Both the position numbers and the translations under genes were made by a program. Below the pieces are notes generated by a model, which saw only the letters and a list, made by a program, of their open reading frames with translations, ran no database searches and was not told the origin of the DNA. This document shows positions 1 through 11,056 of a DNA stretch of 64,000 nt, in pieces. The stretch is taken from the IMG/VR virus record IMGVR_UViG_3300042973_000010; one strand, written 5' to 3'. Position 1 is the stretch's first letter. Each line of letters opens with the position of its first letter. The DNA is from an uncultured virus (IMG/VR IMGVR_UViG_3300042973_000010) (taxonomy: Duplodnaviria > Heunggongvirae > Uroviricota > Caudoviricetes).

Positions 1-1483
1 ATACCTTGCCGACGATTACAAGTACCGGCCCGATTGCAGCAGCCACGAGCGCAATCTTTACGATCATCTGCTGCATACGGTTCTCCGAGGATTGTTCCAC
101 CATTCGGCGAGAGATTTCAGGCTTGTCAGAGAGCTCTTTCAGGACAGGAGCGAGAACTGACAGCAGAGACTGTTGCCGACCTCCGCACCGGTTTCCTTCA
201 GGGAGTTCATGGTCATCTTGAACTGGTCAATCGGGTCGAGGGTCTCATTGAAGGTGTTCTCGACACTGCCTTCAAAATCTCCGAGGAAGCCGGAGAAGAT
301 CCGACAAGGTTCAGCTTTCCGGTCTGCACGGCATTGTAGATGGCAGGCACCGGCCTTACTTCCGAAGAGGTCATAGGCCGCCTGCAGCTTTTCTGCTTCA
401 GCTGCCGCTTGCCCTGCATGGTAGTCGGAGAATTCCGCAAGCGCCTGATCCAGCGTCTTGCCGTCCTGCCGTCGCATTCTTCATGGCGGTCTTTAAGCCC
501 ATCATAGCGGCAGAGGTATCAAGGCCGGACATTTCCACCATGCCCATAAAGCCAGCAGCCTGCTGGGCGGTGAGTCCCATTTCCTTTAGCTGCGCGGCAT
601 TGGAGGAGAGGGCGTTTGCCAGTGTATCCATATCAATGCCGGTGGCCTGACCGGTAGCATTTAAGGCATCCAGAAGATTATCTGCCTCGGAAGCGTCCAT
701 GCCGAAGGCGTTCATGACGGAGGATACATTGTCGATAGATGTCGAAACATCGGTATCATTGAGCTGGGCAAACTTGATGAATTTTGCCGAGAGGTCATCC
801 AGCGCCTGCCCGGTCAGGCCGAAACGGGTGTTGACCTCGCCGACAGCAGCACCGGCAGTTTCGAAGTCCGTCGGTATCTCTGTGGCGAGGTCTTTTACGA
901 TCTGGCACATGTCCTCCAGCTCATCGCCGGTAGCGCCCGTTTTCTGTGCAACGATGTCGAGGCCAGCGTCCACCTCGTTAAAGGCAGCAATGGAGGCAGC
1001 ACCGATGCCGACGATAGGAGCCGTGACGTGTGTTGTTAAGCTGGTGCCGACGCTGGATATTTTGCCGCCGACCTCCTGCAGCTTAGTTCCTGCCTGCTTT
1101 AAAGTCGCTGAGATATGAGAATCTGTATCCTTACATGCCTGCTCGAGATTTTTTAGCTCGTTCTCGGTTTCTATGATCTCACGCTGCCATGCATCGTATT
1201 GCTGCTGGGTGACGGTACCGTTTTTTAGTCCAGCATCCATCTGGTCTTGCACGGACTTCAGCTGTGTGAGCTTATCTTTGGTTTCCGAGACAGCCTGTTT
1301 CAGAAGTTTCTGCTTCTGTTCGAGCAGGGTGGTATTTGTCGGGTCAAGCTTCAGGAGCTTGTTTACATCCTTCAGCTGGCTCTGGGTATTCTTGATTTCT
1401 TTATTGACGCCGGAGAGCGCCTTGGAAAGGCCGGTCGTATCGCCGCCAATTTCTACGGTTATGCCTTTTATCCTGTCAGCCAT
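1..1483 (-). CDS. Tail tape measure protein, N-terminal part (apparent frameshifts near 420-470 and 140-190; runs off window)
   Basis: MADRIKGITVEIGGDTTGL start; ORFs 398..1483 and 139..477 both align with the TMP at 45051..46649. Confidence 0.88.
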
Positions 1484-1499
1484 GTGACCTGCCTTCCTG

Positions 1500-1693
1500 T
1501 TAAAATCGATCCATCTGCTCCTGTGTCGCGAGCGCAGGATAGTTGAAATCGTCGTTGCTCATTTCTGCATACATGTCATTGACAGTCCCGATAGTGAGCA
1601 GGTCGAGCTCCGAGATGGAAAGCCCGATCTGCACACACCGGAGTAAAAAGAGCGGGGTTGTCATTTCCCGCTCTGTCGGATGATGTTTTTTTT
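1500..1693 (-). CDS. Tail assembly chaperone C-terminal extension (gpT-like), probably reached by -1 frameshift
   Basis: Frame ...EREMTTPLFLLRCVQIGLSISELDLLTIG...DRF* follows an A8C run; same arrangement at 46665..46858. Confidence 0.75.
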
Positions 1694-2039
1694 AGATTCC
1701 ACCTGCTGTTCCACATTCAGTCCCCACAGTTCGATGATCTGGGGCAGGATTTCATAGATGGAGAAGGTGTTGAACTGGTCGAGCCAGTCCTCCGGAGTAT
1801 CCGGGACATCAGGATTCTGATGCTTTGCCATCAGCCATGCGATGTTCTCAAAAAGTTCCAGACTGAAAGTGTCCAGATTGGAGCTTTCTGCATCGCTTTT
1901 CATCGATGCCTTTCTGTAGCTCGTTTAAATCCTTGTAAATGTCCCTGTGGAACTTGTTTCTGTAAAGGCGAGGAATGGCGGCTGAGGCGCGGAATTGTAC
2001 CTCCTTGCCGTCAACCTCGATTGTTTTTGTTACAGCCAT
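1661..2039 (-). CDS. Tail assembly chaperone (gpG-like), apparent indel near 1900
   Basis: ORFs 1848..2039 and 1661..1903 together match intact 46826..47203. Confidence 0.8.
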
Positions 2040-2050
2040 ATTGCGCCTCC

Positions 2051-2646
2051 TTACTCACCGTCGTCACCGTTGCTTACCGAAGCACTCGGCTCATATACAG
2101 CGTTGTACCATGCGTCGTAAACAGTGCTTGTAGTGTTCGTGCCGGTTTTGACCTTCACAATGCCGGAAGGGAGCGGAGAAGCCGTAATGGAGAGCGTCTC
2201 TGTCTGCACCTCAGTAGAGTCCTCCTTGGTGCTGCCGGTGACGGAAGGGCGGGTCGCGCTGCAGTAATACATGCAGTGACGGATCTTTCTCTGATCGCCG
2301 GAGAACTCGAAAAGCAGAGCAAAATGCTCCGGCTCCACGTCCTTGTTCTCCACAATGACACCGTTGGCATCTTCGGTCTCGTGCATGACGTCCGTGAGAA
2401 AGCTCTCCGGAATCAGCGCCAGTTCAAAGTCGCCGGAATAGCCGTTGTTGTTTGAAACCATGTAATATACGGAGTCGTCCGCATAGAATGGATCATTATC
2501 TCCCTCAGCATCCAGCGAAAGGGATACGGCACCGGGCATTGCTACAGGCGTGTACCAAAGGTGACAGTGCCGTCAGCTGCAAGCGTAGCAATGGCGTAGT
2601 GGCAGTTTTTAAGGCCGAACTTGACCTTGTTACTCGTGTTAGGCAT
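2051..2646 (-). CDS. Major tail protein (phi13-like), apparent indel near 2550
   Basis: [13 protein letters not shown]...[10 protein letters not shown]; matches 47215..47832. Confidence 0.88.
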
Positions 2647-2651
2647 AGTTT

Positions 2652-2979
2652 TTAACCTCCTATGAATCTGTGTTTGATATAAGACCTCGTACAGCTTCTC
2701 CGACTCGATCCATACCTCAGATTTCTCATAAGGCAGGTCGTGGGCGATTAAGATGTCCTCGATCTGGGTTTCTGTTTCCGGGTCTTTTACGTCCGTGTAT
2801 AATTCGATGTTCAGCTCATCAATTTTTCTGAACACAGTGTCATCCGCGAACATATTGTCAGAGCCCGGATATAGAAAAACGAGGAAGGGTGGGTCTGGTG
2901 ACTCGCCTTCGGCAAAATGGTCGTAGGCAAGCGGCAGACCGGCTTCCTCTAACATGGTGATTACATCGTCGTATGTCAT
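2652..2979 (-). CDS. Putative tail terminator/completion protein
   Basis: Position before major tail; homologue 47838..48164; extra base near the stop fuses it to the next ORF in the track. Confidence 0.7.
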
Positions 2980-3362
2980 GATCCACCTCCCAGCTTCTGT
3001 TTGATGGTATTGACGAGCTTTTCGTTTCCGCGCTCCTCGGCTGAGGCGATATGAGGCTGTGCCGGAACACGTCCGCCGCCTCGTTTCACATGTCCATGCT
3101 CCAGAAGGTGTGCCAGCTGATAGCGGTTCCTCGAATGCACTACAAGGTCAATGCTCTGTGAATCCTCATGCATATTCTTGACTGACCAGCTTTTCTTGTA
3201 TTTACCGGTATCAACCGGAGCGCCTGCCTGAATATCCTTACGGACGGAAGCAGCAGTTTCTTTCACAGCGGCCTTCATGTCATCTGTGGCGAGCTTTGAA
3301 TATTTTTCGAGTTCCTCCATAATGGCTTCACCCATCTCGTTTATTGATACATTTCTACTCAT
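2976..3362 (-). CDS. HK97 gp10-like neck/tail-completion protein
   Basis: APVDTGKY and AHLLEHGH motifs. Confidence 0.85.
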   Translation of the reverse strand: MSRNVSINEMGEAIMEELEKYSKLATDDMKAAVKETAASVRKDIQAGAPVDTGKYKKSWSVKNMHEDSQSIDLVVHSRNRYQLAHLLEHGHVKRGGGRVPAQPHIASAEERGNEKLVNTIKQKLGGGS

Positions 3363-3693
3363 GCGTTCTTCTCCAGCTTGCAGTTGAATTTCAGGCTGTT
3401 ATGCTTATAGCCCATCGGATTCACATAGGTGATGTTGTAGGTGCGGCCTTCCGCGATGATCCGGTATTTTGTCGATTCCACATCCGCAAGCTCAGAGCAG
3501 TAGCGGCAGGTGAAGTCCAGCGATTCCTCCGGATTGATGACTACACCGGAAGATTCGGAACCGGAGCTCGTGCCGACAGTCGCCCAGCAGGAGAAATAAT
3601 CCGCCCAGCCGGTTTTGTGGTTTCCGTATTTGTCGACGATGACCGTATTTTTCTGGAAAGGTGACTGCGCACCCTCATAGCTGCTATATTCAT
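3359..3693 (-). CDS. Head closure (head-tail adaptor) protein, apparent indel near 3665
   Basis: Homologue of 48548..48880; MNIAA start at 3693. Confidence 0.78.
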
Positions 3694-4025
3694 GAAAACG
3701 CTCCTTCCCGTATTGCAAAAAGAAGTGAGCGCAGTGTCATGGTAAGAGCATGGTGGTCGGCTTCCTCCCTGTGCTCAAAGAGATAGGCACAGGTATAGAG
3801 GATAGCGACCTTCATGGTTTCACGGATTGCAGACAGCTCCGCCTCGGTATATTCATCAGAAGAAGCGGCATCGGAGTCGATCACTTCCCACTGATCATCC
3901 GTAAGTCTTGCAATATCAATACATAAGCGAATTGCGGAGGCCAAGAGGATACCGACCGTGGCATCCTCATCCGACGAATCTACGCGCAGATAGGCCTTCG
4001 CATCTTCAGTTGAAATCAAAGCCAC
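3690..4025 (-). CDS. Head-tail connector (gp6-like)
   Basis: AKAYLRVD...AILY..AYLFEHRE. Confidence 0.85.
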   Translation of the reverse strand: MALISTEDAKAYLRVDSSDEDATVGILLASAIRLCIDIARLTDDQWEVIDSDAASSDEYTEAELSAIRETMKVAILYTCAYLFEHREEADHHALTMTLRSLLFAIREGAFS

Positions 4026-4044
4026 GGTCGTTCACCTCCCTGTC

Positions 4045-5284
4045 TTAAGAACCGGAAGTTGCCTTCATGTCGAGAATCTTGATGCCTTCGGAAAGGATCA
4101 GCTTGCCGTCAACACGCTCCGTGCAGGTAAAGCCGACCTGACCGTTGGTAGCGTAAAGCTCGTTGAGACGCTTGATCGTGCGACCGGCTCTATCAGCGAT
4201 CCAGTAGCAGGAGAAGTCGCCGAATGCGATGGCTCTTGCGCCTGCGGCCATTGTAGGTACCTTCGGAGAGGTGTAGAGCGGATAGCCAAGCAGTCTGTCA
4301 GGGCTCTCCGGCAGTAAGTGCAGGCTGCCATACATAGACGCCGTTCAGATCCTTGAGCTTTCTGATAGCTGCGACAGTGGCATCGTTCATGAGGAACTTC
4401 GCCTTGCTGCGATACGGAGCCTTGAGAGAGTACACAAGGCTGATCAGCTCATCGGCGGTAATTGCCGTAGCGGAAGCTGCGGTAACGCCGGAAGGAGCAC
4501 CACCAGCGGCAGAAGGAATGAACAGGCCAGTAGGTCTGTCGATAGCCGTCTGGCCGGTCTGCACAGCACCGTTGATGAAGGCATCCTCTTCAGCTTCACC
4601 GAAGGCGCGACCGAATTCCTCAGAGATGTAAGCCTTCGATATCAAAGAAGCTGTCGGAAAGCAGCTCGTCGGACACCTTGATGAGGTCAGTCAGCTTAGA
4701 AAGGCGTCAATGCTGGTCTGCGCGAAGGTCGGATTGCTCTCGGTGTAGGCACCGTTCTCGGCAGTCCACGTCGCCTGCGTGTGACCATTTGCCACAGGGA
4801 TCTTGCGCTCGTTCTGCGTGGTGATGACCTTGCAGCCGATAGTACGCATGATATTGTTTTCATTGAGCGCCTGAACAAGGGTGTGCTCGAATTCAATCGG
4901 AACAAGGTATCCGCCGTTTGCATCGGTTCCTTCCTCAAGTACATCGCGGATTGCGGGATTGCCGGGATGACGGATGTTGTCCCAGAAGGCCTTTTTATAG
5001 GCTGCAGAAGCTCTGCCGGGCTTATCCTCCGGCTCATCCTTTACACCGGGCTTTCCAGTGAGCGGAGTAGAAGTCGGTGCGCTCATCATCTTGTCGATCT
5101 GCTCCTGACGCTGCAGGCGCTCGATATCCTTGGTGAGGTCGGTGACTTCCTTTTCCATCTTGTCGTAGGTTGCGGCGTCCTCCGCAGAAACCATGCCGCC
5201 GTTCTGAGAGTGGCTATTAAGAAACGCCTTAGCGGCCTCCCATGCCTTCGCTCTCTTGTCCATGAGTTCCATAATCTGAGTCAT
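4045..5284 (-). CDS. Major capsid protein, HK97 family (split by apparent indels near 4690 and 4300-4330)
   Basis: GTDANGGYLVP motif; three consecutive ORFs align with intact capsid 49240..50445. Confidence 0.9.
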
Positions 5285-5299
5285 AGTAAAAATCCTCCT

Positions 5300-6028
5300 T
5301 TAATGTGCGAGAAGCGAAAGGCGCTTCTCAAGATCGGTTACTGGTACCATGTGTTTATTTGCTTCCGGCTTTTTCTTAGGAATCAGTCGGGAAAGCAGTG
5401 AATCAGTGACGGCCTTGCGAGAGAAAAGCTTCTCCGCGTCAGCCGTATCCTCCGGGACGGATTTCTCTCCTTCTCTGAACAGAATCTCGTCAGCAAAGCC
5501 GAGCTTCACGGCTTCTTTGGCGTTCATCCATGTCTCGGCATCCATGAGCTGTGAAATTTTGTGACGGGAGAGCCCGGACTTGATTTCGTAGGCATTCATA
5601 ATGGATTCCTTGACTTCGTTTAACATGTCGATGGCTTTCTGCATTTCCTCAGTATCACCGATGGCGATGGTCGCAGGGTTGTGTACCATCATCATGGCCA
5701 CAGGACTCATGCAGACCTTTGTTCCGGCCATAGCGATAACCGATGCCGCCGAAGCAGCAAGAGCATCAATCTTGACCGTCACATCATGTGGGTAATCCAT
5801 CAGCATGTTGTAGATCTGTGCAGCAGCAAAAACATCACCGCCCGGAGAGTTGATCCAGAGGGTGATGTTTCCATCTCCTGCATGCAGTTCATCACTAAAT
5901 AGCTTGGGTGTTACTTCGTCGCCGAACCACGTTTCATCGGAAATTTCCCCGTCGAGGTAGAGCGTTCGGTCGGAGCCAAAGCTGTCCGGCTCCTCGTTTC
6001 GCACCCAGTTCCAAAACTTTCTGGTCAT
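5300..6028 (-). CDS. ClpP-type prohead protease
   Basis: INSPGGDVF, AASAASVIAMAG, MMVHNP, ETWM motifs. Confidence 0.93.
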   Translation of the reverse strand: MTRKFWNWVRNEEPDSFGSDRTLYLDGEISDETWFGDEVTPKLFSDELHAGDGNITLWINSPGGDVFAAAQIYNMLMDYPHDVTVKIDALAASAASVIAMAGTKVCMSPVAMMMVHNPATIAIGDTEEMQKAIDMLNEVKESIMNAYEIKSGLSRHKISQLMDAETWMNAKEAVKLGFADEILFREGEKSVPEDTADAEKLFSRKAVTDSLLSRLIPKKKPEANKHMVPVTDLEKRLSLLAH

Positions 6029-7353
6029 AGTGCCTCCTTCTTTCTGAACCGGGTGCGCCCGTCTTCGGGTTCCGGTTCGGTTTGTGTTTCCTTCGTTTCA
6101 TCAGCTTCCTCCTGCGTCTGTGCTGAGGCCGCAAAAATACCTGCGTCCTTGAGCTTGGTCATATTGCCATTGATCAGGTACAGGTCGCCGCCTTCCTCCT
6201 CTGGAATACGGTCGAGGTTTTCAAGTTCCCGGATATCGTTAGCGGACATCCAGCCATTTTGGCGTCCGACCGCATAGCCGTTCATGCGGCTCTGGTAGTC
6301 GCCTCTGAGCAGACCGTCCACGTTGAATTTGAAGAAGTAGTCCTTCTTTTCATCCGTAGAGAGCAGGGCTCTCTGCATGGACTGTTCCCAGCGGCATACC
6401 CACGGGTCGAGCGTGTATTTCACAAATTCCAGCGACTGTTGCTCGATATTTGAGAAACTCGATTTCTCAAGATCGCCGATCATGTGAGGCGGGATGCGGA
6501 AGATACGTGCGATTTCATTGATCTGGAATTTACGTGTCTCTAAAAACTGCGCCTGTTCCGGTGAGATGGAGATAGGCGTATATTTCATGCCTTCCTCCAG
6601 CACAGCCACCTTGTTTGCATTAGAGCTGCCGCCGAAAGCAGAGTTCCAGCTTTCTCTTACACGCTCCGGATCTTTTACCACACCGGGATGCTCCAAGATG
6701 CCGCCGGGAGTCGCGCCGTTTGCAAAAAACTTAGCGCCGTATTCTTCGCAGGCTATTGCCATGCCGATGGCATTTTTAGCCATTGCAATCGGACTGTAGC
6801 CCACAAGGCCGTCAAAGCCAAGGCCGGGAACATGCAGCACGTCGGACGGCTGGAGTCTTACACGGCTGCCATTCATCGTGTGCGCCTCATCCTGTGATGT
6901 TTGGTATTCGTAATAAAGCTCACCGTTTTCATCGCGGTTGACCGTCATACGATTTGGCATCAGAGGATAGAGTGCGATCACTTCACCTTTGCCGTTTCGA
7001 ATGATCTGCGCGTAGGCGTTTCCCCACAGGAGTAGGTGCGTCATCAATGTTTCCCGGAATACAAAGGATGTCATTTCCGGATTTGGCTCATCGTGAAGCA
7101 GGAAGTATAGCGGGTGATTTATCGCTTTTTCCTTGCTGCCGCCTTCGCCGTATCGATAGAGGTGAATCGGCAGTCCTGCAATCGCCTCGGACAGAATCCT
7201 CACGCAGGAGTAGACCGCCGTCATCTGCATGGCGGAGCGCTCCGTTACAGCCTTGCCGGAGGTCGTGCCGCCGAAGAAGAAGCGGTAGGAACTTCCGGTT
7301 GTTGAATTGGTAGGCTTATCTCTTGAACGAAACAGTCCTGAAAATATGCTCAT
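6025..7353 (-). CDS. Portal protein, HK97 family
   Basis: AVYSCVRILSE, LLWGNAY, QFLETRKF; ATG at 7353. Confidence 0.95.
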   Translation of the reverse strand: MSIFSGLFRSRDKPTNSTTGSSYRFFFGGTTSGKAVTERSAMQMTAVYSCVRILSEAIAGLPIHLYRYGEGGSKEKAINHPLYFLLHDEPNPEMTSFVFRETLMTHLLLWGNAYAQIIRNGKGEVIALYPLMPNRMTVNRDENGELYYEYQTSQDEAHTMNGSRVRLQPSDVLHVPGLGFDGLVGYSPIAMAKNAIGMAIACEEYGAKFFANGATPGGILEHPGVVKDPERVRESWNSAFGGSSNANKVAVLEEGMKYTPISISPEQAQFLETRKFQINEIARIFRIPPHMIGDLEKSSFSNIEQQSLEFVKYTLDPWVCRWEQSMQRALLSTDEKKDYFFKFNVDGLLRGDYQSRMNGYAVGRQNGWMSANDIRELENLDRIPEEEGGDLYLINGNMTKLKDAGIFAASAQTQEEADETKETQTEPEPEDGRTRFRKKEAL

Positions 7354-7369
7354 ATTGATCACCTGCCTT

Positions 7370-8977
7370 TCAGATAAATAAAATGCCTCTGTCGTCATAG
7401 ACAGAAGCACCGTTGTCATTGCCGCAGCGGATCGCACGGTCAAGCGCCATGATGGTGGCGATAGCACCGTCGATCTTCTCTGTAGATTTTTCCTTGTCAG
7501 CCTTGATATTTCCGGCTGGGTCAGTACGGATGAAGATGTTATCCATATTCCAGCGGAGCACCGGGTGGCCGCCGTGAGCGAGCTTTTGCTCAAGTGTCAG
7601 CTTCATGAGTTCCTTTGTGGGCGGGCTCATATCCTTAAAGCCCTGTCCGAAGGGCACGACAGTAAAGCCCATGTTCTCCAAGTTCTGAACCATCTGGACT
7701 GCTCCCCAGCGGTCGAATGCGATCTCGCGGATATTGAAGCGCTCGCCGAGGCGCTCGATGAATTTCTCGATATAGCCATAATGGATGACATTGCCCTCGG
7801 TGGTCTGCAGCATGCCTTCCTTCTCCCAAGTGTCATAGGGCACGTGATCGCGTCTCACGCGAAGCTCCAGCGTATCCTCTGGTACCCAGAAGTACGGGAG
7901 GATCACATACTTGTCGTCTTCATCCCGTGGCGGGAATACCAGTACAAAGGAAGTAATATCCGTAGTGGAGGACAGGTCAAGACCGCCATAGCAGACACGG
8001 CCTTCGAGGTCGTCCTCATTGACCGGAAAGGCGCAGGCGTCCCATTTATCCATTGGCATCCAGCGGACAGCCTGCTTTACCCATTGATTAAGGCGCAGCT
8101 GCCTGAAGGAATTCTCTTCACCGGGGTTTTGCTTTGCCGATTCGCAGGCCGCTTCCACCTTGTCAATGCCGACTGTGATACCGAGAGAGGGGTTCGCCTT
8201 TTTCCACACCTCCGGATCAGTCCAGTCCTCGTCAGGTTCCGCACCATAAATGACCGGATAGAAGGTTGGATCGACCTTCCTGCCATCGAGGATGTCCTGC
8301 GCTTTCTGGTGGACTTCATAGCAGATGGTGTTTGTATCATTTCCGGCTGTGGTAATCAGGAAATACAGCGGCTGCATTCTGGCATCGCCGGAGCCCTTTG
8401 TCATTACATCAAAGAGTTTCCGGTTCGGTTGGGTGTGCAGCTCATCGAATACCACACCGTGGATGTTAAAGCCGTGCTTACTGTAGGCCTCAGCGGAGAG
8501 CACCTGATAGAAGCTGTTGGTAGGCTCATAGATGATCCGTTTCTGGGAGGCCAGTATTTTGACGCGACGATTAAGCGCCGGGCACATTCTCACCATATCC
8601 GCAGCAACATCAAAAACGATGGTGGCCTGCTGTCTATCTGCAGCGCAACCGTAGACTTCAGCGCGTTCCTCACCGTCACCGCAGCAAAGGAGCAGGGCGA
8701 CCGCAGCGGCCAGCTCTGACTTTCCCATCTTCTTCGGAATTTCGATGTAGGCCGTATTGAACTGACGGTAACCGTTCGGCTTCAGGACACCGAACAGGTC
8801 GCGGATGATTCGTTCCTGCCAGTCGATGAGCTCGAAGGGTTTTCCTGCCCATGTGCCTTTGGTGTGGGTGAGCTGCTCGATGAACATCACAGCGAAGTCC
8901 GCCATCTGCTTGCTGTAGTGAGAAGTCTCTGCCATGAAGCGGGTCGGCTTATAGTTTTTCAGTTTTCGCATTGGCAC
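7370..8977 (-). CDS. Terminase large subunit
   Basis: IPKKMGKS Walker A, VFDELH Walker B, GGLDLS nuclease motif, KIDG. Confidence 0.95.
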   Translation of the reverse strand: MPMRKLKNYKPTRFMAETSHYSKQMADFAVMFIEQLTHTKGTWAGKPFELIDWQERIIRDLFGVLKPNGYRQFNTAYIEIPKKMGKSELAAAVALLLCCGDGEERAEVYGCAADRQQATIVFDVAADMVRMCPALNRRVKILASQKRIIYEPTNSFYQVLSAEAYSKHGFNIHGVVFDELHTQPNRKLFDVMTKGSGDARMQPLYFLITTAGNDTNTICYEVHQKAQDILDGRKVDPTFYPVIYGAEPDEDWTDPEVWKKANPSLGITVGIDKVEAACESAKQNPGEENSFRQLRLNQWVKQAVRWMPMDKWDACAFPVNEDDLEGRVCYGGLDLSSTTDITSFVLVFPPRDEDDKYVILPYFWVPEDTLELRVRRDHVPYDTWEKEGMLQTTEGNVIHYGYIEKFIERLGERFNIREIAFDRWGAVQMVQNLENMGFTVVPFGQGFKDMSPPTKELMKLTLEQKLAHGGHPVLRWNMDNIFIRTDPAGNIKADKEKSTEKIDGAIATIMALDRAIRCGNDNGASVYDDRGILFI

Positions 8978-9000
8978 GGTGGCCGCCTCCTTTCAGGGCA

Positions 9001-9025
9001 AAAGAAAAGACCGCCGAAGCGATCT
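9001..9025 (-). terminator. Intrinsic terminator-like hairpin just upstream of terL
   Basis: AGATCGC-TTCG-GCGGTCT then TTTCTTTT; identical hairpin at 54266..54283. Confidence 0.65.
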
Positions 9026-9099
9026 TTACAAATCTTTATCAGAACGAGAGAAAGAGCCATGTGGCTCAGTTTCCCGGAATTTTCATTCTCAGGTTTTGT

Positions 9100-9348
9100 T
9101 TAGTTGTAGTTGTTTAAGAGGATGCAAAGCGCCAGCTCTGCTTCCTTGCAGGTGGGTTCGATGTCCCAGCCTCTGTCGTAGTTTGCTGCGACGGTTCCGT
9201 TAATCTTTATGGTGAGCTTGCTGATCTTGCCGCCGTTCAGGCCGTAGACCTCGCTTGGCTCCTCGTAGTGCTTGACCCAGTAGTGGCAGACCGTGTACTT
9301 GGTTTTGTCCTTGCCGTCCGGGATTCCGATGGTTCCTTCGCTCCACAT
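9100..9348 (-). CDS. Conserved small phage protein
   Basis: YWVKHYEEPS..YG..GG.ISK..NYDRGWDIEP; homologue 54361..54588. Confidence 0.8.
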   Translation of the reverse strand: MWSEGTIGIPDGKDKTKYTVCHYWVKHYEEPSEVYGLNGGKISKLTIKINGTVAANYDRGWDIEPTCKEAELALCILLNNYN

Positions 9349-9351
9349 GGT

Positions 9352-9717
9352 TCAGGCCTCCTTTACTGTCATCTTGAAGGCGGGGATCAGGGAGCGGTCG
9401 TCGCTTCCGAAGTGGGTGTAGCGTTCCTTGATCCTGACGATTCCGTCCAGCGTGCATCCGAGCTCCTCGAAGCGGGCGATAGTTTCGATGAGGCTTGAGA
9501 AGGTGGAGCTGATGGTGAATTCCTTTACTCCGAGCTTCCGGCAATCTGCAAGGATCGCTTCGATGTCGTAATCCCAGATGACTTCGGCGAAGTTCGGCAG
9601 GTCGTTTCCGGCTTCCTTGCTGTAAAGGTAGGCCTGTCCCAGCGTCCAATGGCATCCGATCTCTTCCCAGCGCATTCCGGGCTTTGCGTTTTCTATGGCT
9701 TCGATTGTGTACTTCAT
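9352..9717 (-). CDS. Conserved phage hypothetical protein
   Basis: Near-identical to 54736..55101; GGAGG RBS. Confidence 0.82.
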   Translation of the reverse strand: MKYTIEAIENAKPGMRWEEIGCHWTLGQAYLYSKEAGNDLPNFAEVIWDYDIEAILADCRKLGVKEFTISSTFSSLIETIARFEELGCTLDGIVRIKERYTHFGSDDRSLIPAFKMTVKEA

Positions 9718-9762
9718 GGTGGTTCCTCCTTGTGGTTGTTTTCCCTTTTGGTATGTACATAT

Positions 9763-9789
9763 ATCACTCTGAACGCCTGTAATAGCAAG
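9763..9789 (-). promoter_or_regulatory. Repeated promoter-like motif CTTG(C/A)TA-N12-AGAGTGAT (copy 1 of 6)
   Basis: Same spacing at 10971, 35198, 54636, 55152, 56399. Confidence 0.7.
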
Positions 9790-9849
9790 CTATTTATCGA
9801 AATATATGTGACAATCCTGCAGGAAGTTTTGAGGCCTAAATTGTGTAGT

Positions 9850-10026
9850 TTATGCCTCGCCGGTCAGAATGAAATTCACGTATTCTTTCCGGTGATCCTC
9901 AAGGTATAAAACCAGCTCGTAGAAGTCTCTCTCGTAGGCCAGACGCTGTACCGTGTTCACATCGAACATATTGGTAAGACCGGTGTCCCGGATGGCAAGA
10001 ATCTGCTCCTTTACCTTTTCATCCAT
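9850..10026 (-). CDS. DUF5049-like small protein
   Basis: QILAIRDTGLTNMFD; homologue 55222..55407. Confidence 0.78.
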   Translation of the reverse strand: MDEKVKEQILAIRDTGLTNMFDVNTVQRLAYERDFYELVLYLEDHRKEYVNFILTGEA

Positions 10027-10027
10027 A

Positions 10028-10252
10028 TCAGCCCACCACCTTCCGCACACGGTCGATGCCGTAGATGACATTCAGGCCGGAGCCGTTGTCCCAGTTCACC
10101 ATGAGGCTCCCGGTATCGTCGACTCCCGTAACGGTTCCCTTGGTGCCGATAGGCGGAGCCTGCACATCGTCCATCTGGAGAAGCTCCACGCGGGTGCCTG
10201 CCGGGTAGCGGGAGCGGAGCGCTTCAAGCTGCTCTTTCGTGATTATTCGCAT
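10028..10252 (-). CDS. DUF4314-like protein
   Basis: YPAGTRVEL..MDD..APPIGTKGTV..VDD.G...V.WDNG. Confidence 0.8.
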   Translation of the reverse strand: MRIITKEQLEALRSRYPAGTRVELLQMDDVQAPPIGTKGTVTGVDDTGSLMVNWDNGSGLNVIYGIDRVRKVVG

Positions 10253-10911
10253 GCTGCCACCTCCTTTTCCGGTGCGCCGTTCTTCCAGCTGGAGTTGCCG
10301 GAGAGGTTCTTAAGGAGAATTTTGCGTTCTGTCTTATATTCGTTTCCGATGAAGCCAAGCCGCAGGAGGAAGCAGCGGAATGCGTACTTCTCGTTGTCGA
10401 CTTCCTTTTCAGTGGCACTGATGCGCTTCAGATCCATGCTCATCTTGCCAAGGGCTGCAATGAAGTGGCTGTAGGCCTTGACCTCGTCCGGCTCAGGCAT
10501 CTCAGTAAACCAAGGGAAGCTGACCGCATCCTCCGTGACCTCAATGCCAAGGTCGTCAATGCCGAGTGCCTTTTTGATGAGGCTCTCCTTGGCGGTGAGG
10601 AGGTTGGTGAGATTTCCGACCGCCACCTTGTCGAGCGGGAGGCTGACAGTAAGGCCGGTGGCTTCGTCGGCGCTTTCGACCTCTTCGGTATTCTCCGGTG
10701 TGAAGCCATCCGCGATCAGGCTGTGGATGATGCGTTCCAGCTTGTCTGCGTCCTCGCAGGTTACGCTGCCTTCCTTGTCGACCGTGACGTCGCCGATCTC
10801 GTAAGCGCAGGTCGGCATACGCATGTAGATCGCCTTGTCGCCGGTGAGGTTTTCGATGGCTGCGACCAATGCTTTTCTGTCGTTTCCGGTTACGTTGTAA
10901 TTTGCTTTCAT
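10243..10911 (-). CDS. Conserved phage protein (family often labelled 'virulence-related')
   Basis: NEKYAFRCFLLRLGFIG motif; homologue 55621..56346. Confidence 0.78.
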   Translation of the reverse strand: MKANYNVTGNDRKALVAAIENLTGDKAIYMRMPTCAYEIGDVTVDKEGSVTCEDADKLERIIHSLIADGFTPENTEEVESADEATGLTVSLPLDKVAVGNLTNLLTAKESLIKKALGIDDLGIEVTEDAVSFPWFTEMPEPDEVKAYSHFIAALGKMSMDLKRISATEKEVDNEKYAFRCFLLRLGFIGNEYKTERKILLKNLSGNSSWKNGAPEKEVAACE

Positions 10912-10970
10912 GAGTGTGTTCCTCCTTTGTAAGATTTCGTTTTCTGCTGTGCCTTTCGGCATGTATATAC

Positions 10971-10997
10971 ATCACTCTGAAAGCCTTATTTATCAAG
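10971..10997 (-). promoter_or_regulatory. Repeated promoter-like motif (copy 2)
   Basis: CTTGATA-N12-AGAGTGAT upstream of the gene starting at 10911. Confidence 0.65.
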
Positions 10998-11056
10998 CAA
11001 TTTTCGACATTTTCTGAGATAGAAAATCGCCGAAGAATCCGGGCAGAAATTGTGTA

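Noticed and set aside
10243..10911. 'Virulence protein' as a true virulence factor
   Set aside because: The label is a family annotation habit; nothing in the sequence supports a virulence role
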